A DNA stretch of 64,000 nucleotides from Felis catus (taxonomy: Eukaryota), in assembly GCF_018350175.1 (NCBI RefSeq), contig NC_058383.1, forward strand, positions 10,976,001-11,040,000, written 5' to 3'. Positions 12,366 through 27,225 of this stretch are shown piece after piece. Position 1 is the stretch's first letter, and each line of letters begins with the position of its first letter. The position numbers and the translations under genes were made by a program. Below the pieces are notes generated by a model. That model saw only the letters and a program-made list of their open reading frames with translations. It was not told the DNA's origin and searched no databases.

Positions 12366-14141
12366 TGGTTTGACACTATTCATAGGTGAAACGAATGTCT
12401 TTTGTTTTACCTTATACCAACTAGCATCAAAATATACTTAGGTTTCTAAAACTGGGAGTTGAAAAAGATGGGGTGGTTTTTTTCAGTATGTTTTCCCAAA
12501 TGTGTCTTTGTAGGTTGAATTTAATTAGTTGATAGTCTTTTATAGCCTCTTGACCATTTTTATAGCCATTTGACCACTAATCCTTGTAGTAATTAAATAA
12601 GCCCAGATGACACGGGCTAGTTTTATTTTACTAGTAGTTTGTAACTTTGAAATCTTTTATGGTAGGTTTCCTTTTGTTCTGGATTTGAACGAGGGTTTCT
12701 ACAGTGGCAGTTAGCACCTGGAAGTTATAGTGTCGTAAATCGTTCATCTGATCACATTTCCCTAAAGTAGCATCCCCTAAACATAGCATCTTGGTCTTTC
12801 CCAGCTCATGAATGGGTCCTGATGTGACTTGATCTGGTATTGGTGACATTGGTGACTTTTTCTCCTATTGGATAAAATAATCAGTAAATGATTTCAGGTT
12901 ACTGGAATATTGGTTGGCATTAGAGGAAGAACCCAGAGTGCACGAACCAGGGGGACAGCGTCTGATTATGCTCTCTGCTGCTGTGATGGGACCGACATAC
13001 AAGTATTTTAGGCTTCGGTCAAATTTCCCCTTGCACGTTAAATGTACATACCAAGGACATAAAAGTTACATGTGGCTGTCCCAGGCAACGTCGTATGTTT
13101 GGCCAGATTTGGGTTTCTTGTTGCCTTTGCGAGAGTAACGCGTTAGTCTGCTGGTGTGAGTTCCGGTTGGAATGTGATCTCGGCTGCTTTGGCGAGTGCT
13201 GTGACATGGTCACTTAGCTTTCCCTGAGCCGGTATCTTGAACTGTCAGGCGACAGTGAGAAAGACCTAAAAGGGGACCTGTCTTACCTGCGTGGCATCTT
13301 TTGGTGACGGCCTTTAACACAGTGGCTGTTTCTCCTCTACCCCATATTTAGTTTCCAGTATGGATTTCTCAGAGTGAGGTTTTTAGTAATTTATGGATGA
13401 GCTTTGAGCATAACTCTTAGTACTGTGCCACGTGACATTTTCAGGGGCTAGAGAAAAGATGACGTTGACAGCTCTTACTTTATTCCGATGTCCTTAATTC
13501 ACGTACTAGCTGAAGTCCTAGCAGAGTTGAGCTGCAGACCTGTCCGTGAAGAGGTTGGCATGAACTCACGCTACAAACGTCTACAAACATCTTAAGTAGT
13601 CCACGTTCCGTACTGAAATCTCTGATTGCTCATTTCTGCTAGGTTTTGTCTTCACTCAGTCAGTATTATCTGTTTCACAGATAACGTAGCTGCCCTGTTT
13701 CATTAATTCTGTAAGTTTTGTGTTTGTTCAAAGTGTTCGCCGTGTAGTATCCGCCCTCCCTGTTTATGCATGCCTGGATTTTGTGTAAGCTGGAGCATTT
13801 TTCTCTTCAAGCTATATATTTCCTCCCCTTTTTCTTATGTATTTGTATAATTGTAGGTATCTGTGTCTATCAAAATCTTTTTCTTGAAAGGCTTCAAAGA
13901 AACTGTAATCCTAGGAACCAAGAGGAGTTAGGGGAGAAGGGAGATTTATGAGGATGTGATTTGAAGAGAGCAAACGAAAGAAAATGAAGTAAGGCCAAGG
14001 AAAGTGAGGAATGTTCACCTGAGCACATCACCCAAGCGTAGGGAACCTGCAGGTGTGCCTGGGAAGGAATAGGCCGAGAGGGACCCTACTGATGGCTGCT
14101 GCTACGCGCGCGTGTAAAGCCCCCTCCCCCCATCCTTTTGA

Positions 14142-14435
<294 letters not shown>

Positions 14436-14887
14436 TAAAATGTATAGTTAAAACATTGAACGTCTCCATTTTTTAAATAGCATTTTAGTATTTTAATTTG
14501 TCATAGTCCTAAATACCGGATTTAAATTGAATTTATATAGATAGTAGTAAGTTTACATGGCACTCTAGTTTAGGTTGCAACTGTACGTAGATACTTATTT
14601 CCACACAACTTAGACATGTTTTAGAAGGTTTCCTGAACGACCTTGGAGCCCTCCCTCTTTTCTGCCTCCACCGCACAGTGTTTAATTGGACTGGTCTTTT
14701 CTGTCCTGCTTTTCGGAAATTATCAGGCTAAAAAGAGGTATTCAGTAAGAAGTGTTTCAAAAATAAACTGTAAACCATCTCTTAAAATCTCTTATTGGAC
14801 CAATTCTAAGAACCACAAAAAAGGGAAAAGTTCTTAAGAAAGCAGTAAAATTATATAGATGCAGTTGGATTATTAGCAATTAGGACT

Positions 14888-15230
14888 GGAGTTACCTGGC
14901 CACCTCATTCGGTGCATTGTGTGATGCTGGATTTCAGGGTTGTGAGTTCGAGTCCCACATTGGCCGTAGAGATTATGTAATAAAAAATTAGGGGAGGTGC
15001 TTGGGTGGCTCAGTGAGTTAAGTGTTCAACTTCGGCTCAGGTCATGATCTCGCGGTTTGTGGGTTTGAGTCCCACGTCGGGCTCTATGCTGATAGTTCAG
15101 AGCCTGGAGCCTCCTTCAGATTCGGTGTCTCCCCCGCTCTCTGCCCCTCCCCCGCACTCTGTCTCTATGTCTGTCTCTGTCTCTCTCAAAATAAATAAAT
15201 AAACGTTGGGGGAAAAATTAGAAAAAAATT
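14888..15230 (+). mobile_element. Short CAN-SINE (14888-14990) followed by a full-length SINEC_Fc (14991-15230)
   Basis: Two tRNA-like heads; the second has a CT tract and aataaataaa tail. Confidence 0.88.
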
Positions 15231-15316
15231 AATTTGAATGTATGATGTAGAAAATAAGTCATTAGGTGTTGGGTCATCTCAACACAGCAGTGCCCCCAAC
15301 GGGGATTCCTCATTGA

Positions 15317-15433
<117 letters not shown>

Positions 15434-17248
15434 TGAGTAGTTTGTTGAAAAGCATTTTAATAATGGGGTTACTTTTCAACCAGTCAGTGTACGAAAGGCC
15501 GCTTCTCCCAGTGAAGTGTGCCTTACTTGCATATGTGTCCGTCGCAAGGTCATGGGTAGGGTCCGTCCAGATGTTATAGACCTTGTCACTAGGAAGCCTA
15601 GGGAAAGTTTTGTTTCTGTGGTTATCAGTTAGCATTTCCTGTAATCCTTCTGCTTGCGCTTTTGGGAGTTCACATACATATTTGTTGCACCCTGGACAGC
15701 TAATTGAAGATAAAATTCTTCAGTCATAGTCTTTCTTAATCCACTGTGTTAATAAGTCCAGTATTCAACTAGATGTCCTTATTTGCTCTGCTATTGATGC
15801 ATAATTGTTTAAGTTAGGTCTCACATTCTCCTCTTCTTTTCGTATTCTATCCTCCATCTATCTTTAGGGACCAACCAGTGTTATTACTGGTAGGCATATA
15901 TTAAATTCTCACCTAAAAATAGCAACCATCGCTGGGGAGTATCAGCTGTTTCGCTGTGTTTTTATTTGGAGGATTCTTTACTTTGCAGTTCACTGACAGT
16001 CTTTAAATGGGTCAATATATTGAATTTTTTAACTTGAAAATCCTATTTTTAAGGTGCTCTCCGGTATCACTGAATTGCTTTGGGTGAATTTCTTACATGA
16101 TAAACTACACTGACATTATTGACTTTACTAAACTTGAAATCATAGCTCCTGTACCCTTTTCATGGATGACAGCTGACCTGTCAGCGAAGATTTAGAATGA
16201 GAGGAAATTCAGTAGCAAATTCAGTCACTTGCCCTTAATGCATTCACTTATTTCCTCCAGGTTCTCTTAGTAGTTCTCCCTCTCCAGAAGCCGTAGCTTT
16301 TTGCCTGTGGTTTTAATCGATCCACTTCAGAGCAGAGACTCCCCTAATTCGTTCTACATTAAGCACTGTCCCGTGCTGCTAAGGTCCCGGGCCCTGGGAC
16401 AGAAGGCTTGGCCGTTCCCCTTCATCCTCTCCGAGCCTTGCTGTCCTTCCTCTCCTGTGAAACGGTCAGGAGAGCGTAGATGTGCTGGGAAGATGTGAGG
16501 AGACAGACAGCATAGTGGGTGTAAAGAGCTTCCTGTAAGTGGTGTGTAAGTACACAGAAGGTGCTCGCTGTTTATAGCTGTGTTATTATAGACTTAATGC
16601 AGTCCTGTTTCGAGGAAGAAGAATTTACTGTCATAACAGTTTTATAAATCTCACAAAGAGAAGCACAAATTATGTTTTTGCTTTTGTTGTGATGGTGATT
16701 CATTTCGTTAGTTCGCATATGAGAAAATAATGCTTGCCAACCATTATGAGACGAGAGGCACGGTATTCACATTTTACAATTTGAAACCGTTTTAATGGTA
16801 ATCGCCCCAAGGAAAGATATTTTCCTTGTTCTGTGGGAACGGATTTTCGGGTGCACGGTGTAAACAAAGGATATTAACCGTGACTCCGTATTAACGTGTA
16901 CCATGGTGAATGTGAAACTCAAGTACAAGTATTAATGTTCAGCAAACAGACGAATTTCACATAAATTACTAGGAAAAAAGAGCAGCTGTTCTGCTGAGGG
17001 GGATTCCCGCGGGAGGAGAAGGAAGAAAGGGAGTGCACAGAAGTCATTTTCCTTTGGGGACTCGGAGCCTTTTCGCCGCGTCCTTAGCGGCTCTGCTGTT
17101 CTTACGGCGCACACTCGCTAGAAGACTTTTTCTGTGACTCTGCTGTGTTCGTGAACGAAGTAGAAGCCTTTGTGAGAACAGCGATGCGTGTCTGCTCTGC
17201 ACTCATAGGACACTTGGCGTTTGACTCCGTATCAAAAGGTTTAGCTGT

Positions 17249-17478
17249 GGGGCGCCTGGGTGGCTCAGTCGGTTAAGCGTCTGACTTTGGCTCAGGTCAT
17301 GATCTCACGGTCCGTGAGTTTGAGCCCCGCGTCAGGCTCTGTGCTGACAGCTCAGAGCCTGGAGCCTGTTTCCGATTCTGTGTCTCCCTCTCTCTCTGCC
17401 CCTCCCCTGCTCATGCTCTGTCTCTCTTTGTCTCAGAAATAAATAAACGTTAAAAAAAAATTAAAAAAAAAAAAAAAA
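17249..17478 (+). mobile_element. Full-length SINEC_Fc with perfect TSD
   Basis: TSD aaaaggtttagctgt at 17234-17248 and 17475-17489. Confidence 0.95.
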
Positions 17479-17769
17479 GGTTTAGCTGTGAAAGTTTTAA
17501 TACTGTCGACCAATGTGCCTGTGTTGTGGATGAGCTCACCTGATGCTTTTCTAAATCTTTTTATTCTGGAAATTTCCAAACAAAAAGAATGTAAATGATG
17601 TTAAGACCCTCTAAGTATCCACCACCCAGATTCAAGTATTTTCCTTGTCCGCTCTCTCCTGTCCCATCTCTTTCTGATGCAAGCCTGGTTTAATATTTTA
17701 AACCTGCGGTGTCCCGGACATCATGTCATTTTAGCTCTAACAAGTCTATATTTCAAAATGGGGAATTGA

Positions 17770-17870
17770 GGGGGTGCCTGGCTGGCTCATTCAGTAGAGC
17801 GCGCCATTCTTGATCTTGGGATCGTGAGTTCGAGCCCCACCTTGGTCGTAAAGCTTACTTGAAAAAAAAA
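17770..17870 (+). mobile_element. Short CAN-SINE
   Basis: tRNA-like head; TSD atttcaaaatgggga on both sides. Confidence 0.85.
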
Positions 17871-18476
17871 TTTCAAAATGGGGAGTTGGGTGAGAGGAAA
17901 GCATGGTCTTAATATCAGTTCCACCATCACGCCTGGAAACGCTACCCTGCTGTTTAGAAAACCTGATCCTTTGCAGTTTGTTCGATGGAATCACCAAGGT
18001 CTTTCTCCTTCTATTTGATTCCTAAGAGTCTCCGTGCTTTTTTGACCTGTAGCTGCTATATTATTTTACCTTTGGATAAATCAATCTTGGCAGAAGCTTT
18101 CCAATTAAAAAAATCCTCTGCGTGAGTTATTTCATTAAAAACTCTTTTCTTACACTGATGTTTATTGTTGAAAATTTTTACTGTATGTGTTAGCTGATGT
18201 TTACCAACGTGTTTTTGTGGCTCATGGGTGGTTCAGGTTTCAGTAGGACATCTGGCTGCATCTACATGACTCAGAATAATCCACTATTTGATTGCAGATT
18301 GGGTTAGAGTACCGGCACCTTTGGTGTTCTTTCTCTTTTAGTTCTTCTGTACTATTTTTCTTGTGATGATTCAGTTACAGTAAGCAGAAGTAAAGATAAA
18401 GCTATAAAACGTCCAGAGCAGTACGTGTTCATTTATTCTGTTGTACAATCTGTGGTTGATCCTTGTCATTGAATGA

Positions 18477-18689
<213 letters not shown>

Positions 18690-19021
18690 TAAGACTCTGG
18701 ACTCTCATCTTTGTTCTTTAGTGCATCTTTCTATATTGTTACCAAACATTCATCAATCTCTAGGGCTATATCTTAATTAGATTGAGCTATATATTATTTT
18801 ATTTACCACTTTTGAATGTGTCTGTGGACAAGATTTTCGTGGTCATGCCCAGAGTTGGCTCTTGGAACATGAATACCTGCCTGTACGTGATTCCCACATA
18901 GCCGTCATGTTCTTTTTCCAGTTTGCTGCTAAGTAAAGGAATCACTATAATATAAAAAGTAATGCAGTACCAACCAGTATCAGTAAAACAGTGTCTTGAT
19001 TTTAGATTTGAATTAAAAAAA

Positions 19022-19040
19022 TTTTTTTTGTAATGTTTAT

Positions 19041-19071
<31 letters not shown>

Positions 19072-19253
19072 TGTGAGTTGGGGGCAGGGGATGCAGAGAG
19101 AGAAAGGGAGACACAGAATCCAAAGCAGGCTCCAGGCTCCGAGCTATCAGCACAGAGCCCAATGTGGGGCTCAAACTCACGAGCTTTCGAGCTGTGAGAT
19201 CACGACCTGAGCCCATGTCAGATGCTTAACTAACTGAGCCACCCAGGTGCCCC
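19022..19253 (-). mobile_element. SINEC_Fc
   Basis: Antisense full-length element; TSD tagat(t/c)tgaatt. Confidence 0.93.
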
Positions 19254-19350
19254 TAGATCTGAATTTTTAAAAGCATATGTGGAAATGCATGTAAGTTATA
19301 AAATTAAAAATACGTGAAACCAAAAAAAAAAAAAATTAAAAAATAAAAAA

Positions 19351-19589
19351 GGGGCGCCTGGGTGGCGCAGTCGGTTAAGCGTTCGACTTCAGCCAGGTCA
19401 CGATCTCGCGGTCCGTGAGTTCGAGCCCCGCGTCGGGCTCTGGGCTGATGGCTCAGAGCCTGGAGCCTGTTTCCGATTCTGTGTCTCCCTCTCTCTCTGC
19501 CCCTCCCCCGTTCATGCTCTGTCTCTCTCTGTCCCAAAAATAAATAAACGTTGAAAAAAAAAATTAAAAAAATTAAAAAAAAAAAAAAA
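19351..19589 (+). mobile_element. Young SINEC_Fc
   Basis: CpG-intact ggggcgcctgggtggcgcagtcggtt head, long A tail. Confidence 0.95.
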
Positions 19590-22389
19590 TACGTGAAACC
19601 ATGGAAGAATCGAAAAAAAGCCTAAGGTAGCAGAATGCTATAAATTCCCTAAGGCCTGGCATAAAGGGTCCAATAAGGAACTCTTATAAAAGCGTCAGTG
19701 CAGCAGTTGTGATTGGGAACGTAAATGCTTGCGTTTAAAACTGGCAGCGACATGACACACTCATAGTTTCCGCTGGGATTCTGTTAAGATTAAAGTGAAA
19801 GGTTTACAAAACTGAGGACATTTGCAACAGATTTCAGCCAATGAAGAAAGATGGAAACTTCCTGTTACATCCATGAAGCAAGTACTACATGTATTTATAA
19901 AGGGGAACGGTTGGAGAATAGTTTTTCGGAAATTATAAAATATAACTGCTACAATATAAGTTTTCACTTAAAAGGCTGGATGCTGGTTAGTCCTGTAAAT
20001 TGTAAAAGTTGTATGTATGAGACATGAAAATGTTGAGTCTTTATCTAGTGACATCCGACTTAGAAGTATCAAAAATGAATGACCGTTATTTTCCGAGCCT
20101 GTAAAAATTACAGAGCGGGCTAAGCATGAGACAAAGAAAGCTATATACCTTGCCACACCTCATGATGTCCTAGTGCCCTAAGGATAAGGGAAAAAAAATC
20201 ACAAGGTTTTAGAGAATAAGACCAGGTTATTCGTAAAGAATGAACCGTCACAGTGATGGTAAGCTTGCTTTACGCAGTAATGGATATTAACGCTGTCAAG
20301 CCATTCTCCCTGTTTTCTAAGTGCAAATGATGGGAGCCAGCCAAACTTGCCAAGCATTTGTGAAAGGAAAGAGAGACTTTTTGACATGGGAGAGGTGGGG
20401 TAGCAGTTAGGATCTGCAGCAGTAAGGGACAGAAATCCCTAAGTCAGTCAACCTGATACAGTTAACGATGCTTCTCTCGCCTCATGAGGAGGTCAGAGGT
20501 AGGATGGTTAAAAGTGGTACTTGGAGCTCTCACCAGATTCTTCCTTCCTTGGGCTGATCGTTTCCTTAGAGCAGCCGTGAACGGGATGCAGTAATCTAGG
20601 CCTGACAGCCAGGCAGTGTATGGGGAAGAGACAGTAACTACCTGTGTTTCTCTTGGAAGGTGGCCTTATTTTCTCTGGTTGGAATTCTGTCAAGTACTTA
20701 TTCTTCAACCAGGTACAGGCATGAGAAAGAAGCTGTTATGGGTTTAGACCAAGAGGTACTCCTGCCCCAGGGAGGGCCGCTGGGTTCGCTTCTTTTGGAA
20801 GACTTGGCTTTCATTTTAAGTCCTTCTGTTGGAAGTGAGTCTTTTTGAATTTGTGTGCATATTATAACTGATTTTGAAACTTTTTCCTGACGTAGCTTGA
20901 ACTATAAACGGTAAAGTGAATAAAAGGAGTGGGATAATAGTATTGTTGGTAGACGTGTCCAGCTTCCTTACATTGGGAACACTGGTACTGTTGAAAAAGT
21001 GTCAGAGATGACAACCAAGCATGCTGGCCTCTCGGTGTGCAGTGAGGGGATGACCGCTTTTGAGATTTAACGAAGGATGGAAAAGACCCAAGAGGCACCG
21101 CAAGATAATAAGTGAGCTGTCCTCCTCAGAGAGGAACTTGTTGCTAACCGTTAGTTTTCCTTCAAGTACATTGTAGTTTCAAGATGCAGTAGACTCCAGA
21201 AATTGAATTATAAACCACATGGCGGCCCTGTAAACGCTACAGCCCTGACCCTGGCCAAGCACCATAAACAGGCGTCCCCTTCCCCCTGGATGTTGATACA
21301 TAGAGAAGTTTGAAGTTTTAAGAACCCTTTTGTACTGTCATTTTATTGGGTTGTTTCTAACGTTAGAGGTTTTGAATCTGTGTTTAAGTAACACTATTTA
21401 AAGAACACAGGCAAATTATTTTATTAGGTATTGCTCTCATTTGCTAACCTTAAAGTGTACAGAACTATGTTTGGATGTTTAATGTTAATGCAGGCTTATC
21501 ACGGGATGCTCTATGCTGCCCGCATCCTGTTTCGAGTCCGTTCAGTATATTCCTTCATGGCAGGCCATCCTCCACATTTGGAAGGGACTTCTTAAATAAG
21601 CCTTTCCCTAACGGTTACTGTGGTTAGTCTTGATATATGTAAAGTCTTTTGTTTATTTAGAAGGATATTTCTATAGAGTTTAGCAGATGTTTTGTTTATA
21701 GGTCACTAATGTTATTTAAATATTATATATGCACTATTGACTCTGTCCTGTACTACTTTGCAGCATTTCTGAGATGGTTGTTAAAATAGGCGTGGTCCTG
21801 CTGATACCTGAGCCAGTTCCCAATCCCCCCACTAGCAACACTAGACTTTCGACCATTACATCAAAATGGAATGATTGCATATATAAGTTGGATTATGGGA
21901 ATTCTGTGATCTAGAAATTATTTCCTGGGAGGTTTTTGTAATTACCAAAAAGAAAACCAAACCCCAAAAAACTTATAATCCGTCTCGCAAATGTTAGTAC
22001 TAAAATATATTTAGTATCCTTATAACCAATTTATAGATACGTTGAACTGAGTGAGTCTTGAATATAATGTAAAATTAAAGGATCTCACTTAAAGTTTTTA
22101 TGTTCGCTTCTTTTGGTGGTAACGCTTTTTATAAGATCCCTTTGGGTCGTGAAGTGAATGAAAGACACATGGTCCAAGAAGCACCTTATGAAACAATTTG
22201 CAATTTCCATTTTGTTTTGTTACTCTCTGGAAATCTCCGGAAATTAAGGTTTAATTGTGCTCAAGAGCCCAGATTGTCTCTTCTTTTTAAAACTGGCCTT
22301 CACGACTGAATATCAAATAAGTGCTAGTAGTTACTGTTTTTGCCAAATATTGCCTGGTAAATACTTAGTACTTTTTCCTCACCTTTCAG

Positions 22390-22448
22390 ACATGAACTTC
22401 TGAACTCAACACGTGAAGACTTACAGCTTGATAAACCCGCTTCAGGAG
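22390..22448 (+). CDS. GTF2I: GTF2I exon 16 (59 nt linker)
   Basis: (K)HELLNSTREDLQLDKPASG; tcag/gtaggt. Confidence 0.96.
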
Positions 22449-22487
22449 GTAGGTCTCCAGTCTTGTTTCAACCCGTGTGTCAGATCA

Positions 22488-22588
22488 GGGCGCCCGGCTG
22501 GCTCGGTCAGTGGAGCCTGACACTCTTGATCTCCGGGTCTTGAGTTCAAGCCCCACGTTGGGTGTGGAGATTACATTTTTTAAAAAAC
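22488..22588 (+). mobile_element. Short CAN-SINE 40 nt downstream of exon 16
   Basis: tRNA-Lys-like head and A tail. Confidence 0.85.
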
Positions 22589-23277
22589 CGTGTCAACTCA
22601 GAACATTATATACAAGAAATACACAGTATCAAAATACTGCTCTCTGCTCCCTAGAAGAATCCCCTCATTTTGTTCCTAACGATCTGTTATAAATAAGGGC
22701 AGACACCCCACACCAGGTAGACCAAAGGAGCAGTGCCTGGTCTACTTGCGAGATGTGAACATGTTACCTGGCACGGTGTTCCGGACGGTGTGTCGTTGCC
22801 CAGGTCTGTGTTGGTCGACTGAAGCCTCACTCGTCACCATACACGTCTCATGAAAGGGTTTACTTCTTAGAGTGCAGGGCCACAGGTATCGTCACTGAAG
22901 TTGGCGAGCCGTGTTTCGGGGGCAGTACAAGCGTAGTTGGTCCTCTTCCTTTGGCTCTGGAGGGCCAGGGGGTGGGGATGTAAAACCGCAAGTCCCGTCA
23001 CTCCCAGCTGATGGAACGGAAAGATTGCATCCTGTTTTTAGTCTTATCCCATCCCTACACGTATCGTCGTGCAGCTCACCTGTAGGCTGTTCTGGAGTGA
23101 GCGGAACTCGGATGTTTCCTAGTTGTGTTCATGACCCTCGAGAGTACCTGTGTAAAATTACTCTTCAGTGATTCATTTCCATTTTTTCATTGTTTGAGTT
23201 GTTCTCACTCTTTTTATTCAGTGTCAGCACTGTTTTTAAGAAACACTTTCTGAGATCTCAGAAATAATCTTCGAACA

Positions 23278-23397
23278 GGGAGGCCTGGCTGGCTTAGTCC
23301 GTGGGGCAAGCAGCTCTTGAACTCAGGGTTGTGAGTTCGAGCCCCACATTGGGTACGGAGCCTACTTGAAATAAAATTAACAAGTTAAAAAAAGAAA
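23278..23397 (+). mobile_element. Short CAN-SINE
   Basis: tRNA-like head; TSD tcttcgaacag. Confidence 0.85.
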
Positions 23398-23464
23398 CTC
23401 TTCGAACAGAGTAGTAGTACTGCCTAAGTTATAACCATAATACTTAGTTAACCCGGCTTAGTGA

Positions 23465-23602
<138 letters not shown>

Positions 23603-23899
23603 TAAACTGTATTACTGAATACGTTTTCCCAGTTTTGCTTTAAGAAAGTAAAACAGTGAATGTGACTCCCCTCTACTTTTTCTTAATTGGTGAATAGCGT
23701 ACATTAATCATAAAAAGGTTTCAGCACAGGGGAGGGGACCGTGCGCCGAAAGCCCCGGGAGCTCTTTCCGGGGCGGGGGGACTCCTGCACGTGGGGAGCT
23801 GATACAGTGCAGGGGATCTCGCAGCCTTGAAGTCCTTTTTCAGTGGATCCTGAGCAGCACTTGCTGTGACTCTTCGTAGGAAAGGAGGCCTTCGGTCAC

Positions 23900-25130
23900 A
23901 GTCTGTCACCGAGGGGCTGGGTATCAGAAACCGCGGAGTGACCCACACCGTTTTCAGCTTGTTTCCCGGCCTTGCTGGCTTGCATCCCGAAACGCTGGCC
24001 CTTGGGTTGATTTGTCACGGGTGGCATCTTTGGTTCCCTAGGATTGCTCTCCCCTGCTCTGTCCCGCCTCTCAGCGGCCTTCAGTGGCTGTGTTTCTTCC
24101 TTTTCTTTTGTTAACCGATTTAAACTATTTATATGGATAGTTTCGAACCTTGTTGACTATCTTCCTGTCTCAGTGGCCGCTGTCCTTTTCACTCATGATG
24201 ATACCTCCCCTTAGTTCAGTGTTCACATCTTGGAGAGCTGCCTGGCAGCTGAGTCCTGAGCCCCCCTTCTCTTTTCCTGCTTTGCTTTCTCTACAGGTAA
24301 TCCCTCTCTGTCTCGGGGTCTTACACATTGTAGATTGTCTATACCCTGGTGGCTTCCGCATTAAGCTTCTAGCCCTGGAAACTCCATCTAACACCAGACA
24401 CCTTTATTTTTATCTGCCTGTTTGATATCTCTGCAGAGATCACACATCCTAATCAGAGCCTTTGATATGCCCCCTCCCCCATAATATGTTCCTTTCCCCC
24501 ATCCTGTCCCTCCATTGTCCGGGCCAAACCCCTAGGAGTGACCCTGGATTTCTTGATGGTTACAGGCCTCCTGCTGACTGTACCTTCAGCCCACCCCAGA
24601 TCCATACCCTCTCTTTCTCGGCTGATGTCCCTCACTGCTGGGAAAGCCAGGGCCGCCAAGCAGCTAGATTTTAATCTCCTCGCAAACAAAAAATGGAGGC
24701 CTGTCCCTTCCCTGTTTTCCATTCGGTGGCCTTCCTTTGTTCTTGGAATAAGCTTCTCAGTCCCTGGTCATGGCCACCCCCTCCCCACCCCGTCTTCTGA
24801 TGTCGCCTCATGGTACTGGCCCACTTGCTCACTTCCTACCAGCCGTAATGACCATCTCCCTGTCCTTTATTTTTCCAAGGTCACATCCTCCTGGGGAGGG
24901 TTGCACTGCTGCTACCTCAGATCTTTCCGTGCCTCTCCGTTTCAGTGTGGCCGCTCTGGTGGGGTCTTTGCTGGGTCACCTGTCTGCCATACCCCACACC
25001 TTGTCGTGTTTTCTCTCCGCACAGCACCTAGTGGTTGTCTTTTGCCTCCCGCTACCACACGCTAGGTAATGACAGCCAGGACCCCCGTGTCTCATCTGCT
25101 GGAACTGTGCGTGGTGCTGGAGCACAGATT
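23900..25130 (+). mobile_element. Degenerate L2 fragments (approximate)
   Basis: Pyrimidine-rich, with L2-like segments (tctagccctggaaactccatctaacaccagac..tatctgcctgtttgatatctc). Confidence 0.45.
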
Positions 25131-25732
25131 TCTGGGTGGACGGGTCGGTCTCACTGAAGTGTGGCTAGAGCCATGAGAAATCACCGAGCCTCTCGGTCAT
25201 GTAGTGCACGTTGGACTCCCTGACAAGACCCGCAGACGTGCGGGAGGACCCGGCTGGCCTGCACTGGGGAGACCGCAGCGGGGGGAGGGCGGGGGTGGCT
25301 GGCACAGGCCTCAGGACGGCGGCGGTTCTCGCTGTGCTGTGGAAGAATCCCTTTGAGTTTTACCACAAAAAAGCCGAGACTCCTGGGTGAGGATTCTCGT
25401 TTGCCCCGCGGGTTCCGAGAGGGGCTCCTGGCACCGGGTCTTAAAGGACCCAATAAACCAGCCTGTAGGTGCAGCTCAGATGGCAGCTACAAACTTGGGT
25501 CCCTGAGTAGTGTCATGTGCAGGATCCATATACTTGCTGTTTGCCTGAGAATTGAAGGCGTTGTGGAAGTCCGGATTTTAAGTTTTTCCTCCTCATCCGT
25601 GTTCTGGACTACGCAGTATGAATACAGGACCTCAGTGACATGTTCTCTCCTCTTAGAAATCAGCTGGTTGGAAATCAGCTAATGAGCTAGAAACTAAGGA
25701 ATCTTAACCACTTTAAAAATTGGTATATTTCT

Positions 25733-25956
25733 GGGGCACCTGGGTGGCTCAGTCAGTTAAGCATCTGATTTTGGCTCAGATCATGGTCTCATCGTCCTTG
25801 GGTTCCAGCCCCGCGTCGGGCTCTGTGCTGACAGCTCGGAGCCTGGAGCCTGCTTCAGTTTCTGTGTCTCCTCTCTCTCTGCCTCTCCCCTGCTCACACT
25901 CTGTCTCTCAAAAATAAATAAAACGTCAAAAAAATTTTTTTTAATAAAAAAAAAAA
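25733..25956 (+). mobile_element. SINEC_Fc
   Basis: Full head, CT tract and A tail; degenerate TSD aaaaat..tatttc. Confidence 0.93.
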
Positions 25957-27010
25957 TCAGTGTATTTCCAAGGCATTTAGTAAAATGAATCAGGTGAAGA
26001 ACATTGTTCATCATTAGAGAAGCTATCATAGTGTCAGTATAGTTCACGAGTATCTGCACAAACAGGCTTAAATTTTGCCCTGGTGTGTGCTTCTGGAAGT
26101 TGAGCTTGGGAAAGCAGTCGGCCAAACCTCTTAGCACCACTGATGCTGACCAAGCAAGCCTCGTGGAAGGAGGAGGCTGTTGACGAGCCCATGTACTCCC
26201 GTGAACAGTGGCCGGTGGAAAATATTTTGGCATTGTGTCAGACCTAAGAAAATAGGTAAGAGCTTATGTGTTGTCGTAGTATAAACAGTAAAAGTCTAGC
26301 TGTTTTTGTTTTTGCTCTCGGCCTTCGGTGAGTCTGGGACTGTAGCTACTTTAGAGAGATTTGCTGCTTTCTTTAAGGTTCCTGAAGGGAAAAGAGGAAA
26401 GCTTACATTTTCCAGAAGTATCAAGCATCCTAAGTCTTGAAAGTTTCCCTGCCCCAGCAGCATAATCAGTTTTAGGCATTTGGCATCCATGAACGCCCAG
26501 GCTGCAGGTGCCGACAACCCAGCGGGGCAGGAGGCAGTGCCCGTCCCCCGGATGAGGGAAGATTCACCGCAGAGCAACACATGAACGTTTCATATGCAAG
26601 AAGGTGTTGAGTGGCCTGTGGGAAAGGGGGCAACAGGCAGACAGGCGGATTGTTCTTTTCTGTAGGGGAAGCCTCACTGATGACCAGCCAGTGCAACTGC
26701 CCTTCTTCCCCTTTCCCCCAAACTTCTGCTCTTCCTGGCTCCACTCCAGCAGTTGATTCTTTTTTATTTCATAGGAAGTTTGTTAGAATTATGATTATAT
26801 TCTTTTTCTTCTTTTTCTTTTTTCGCTAATGTGTTTCACCAAATAATTATTATTGTTTTACACATCACATTATAGATCTCTCCCAGGTGCGGTGTGAAAG
26901 ACTTTACCATGTTTCTTAAAGGAATGTTTCTTTTAACAGTCATGATTTTTGTTACACTGCGTGTGGTTTTTCAAATATACGTGCTTTGCTTTTATATCAA
27001 AGAGGTCTAA

Positions 27011-27225
27011 GGGCACCTGGGTGGCTCGGTCAGTTAAGTGTCCGACTTTGGATCAGGTTATGATCTCACGGTTTGTGAGTTCAAGCCCCACATCAGGCTC
27101 TGTGCTGACAGCATGGAGCCTGCTTCACACCCTTCTACCTCCCTCTCTCTGCCCCTCCCCAGCTTGCATGCACGTGCTCTCTCTCTCATTCTCTCTCTCT
27201 CTCAAAAATAAATACTTAAAAAAAG
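27011..27225 (+). mobile_element. CAN-SINE
   Basis: Full head, CT tract and A tail. Confidence 0.92.

Noticed and set aside
17260..17442. Recurrent ORFs of the MAQSVKRPTSAQVMISR...SLEPASDSVSPSL type
   Set aside because: Chance translations of the SINEC_Fc consensus, not a gene family
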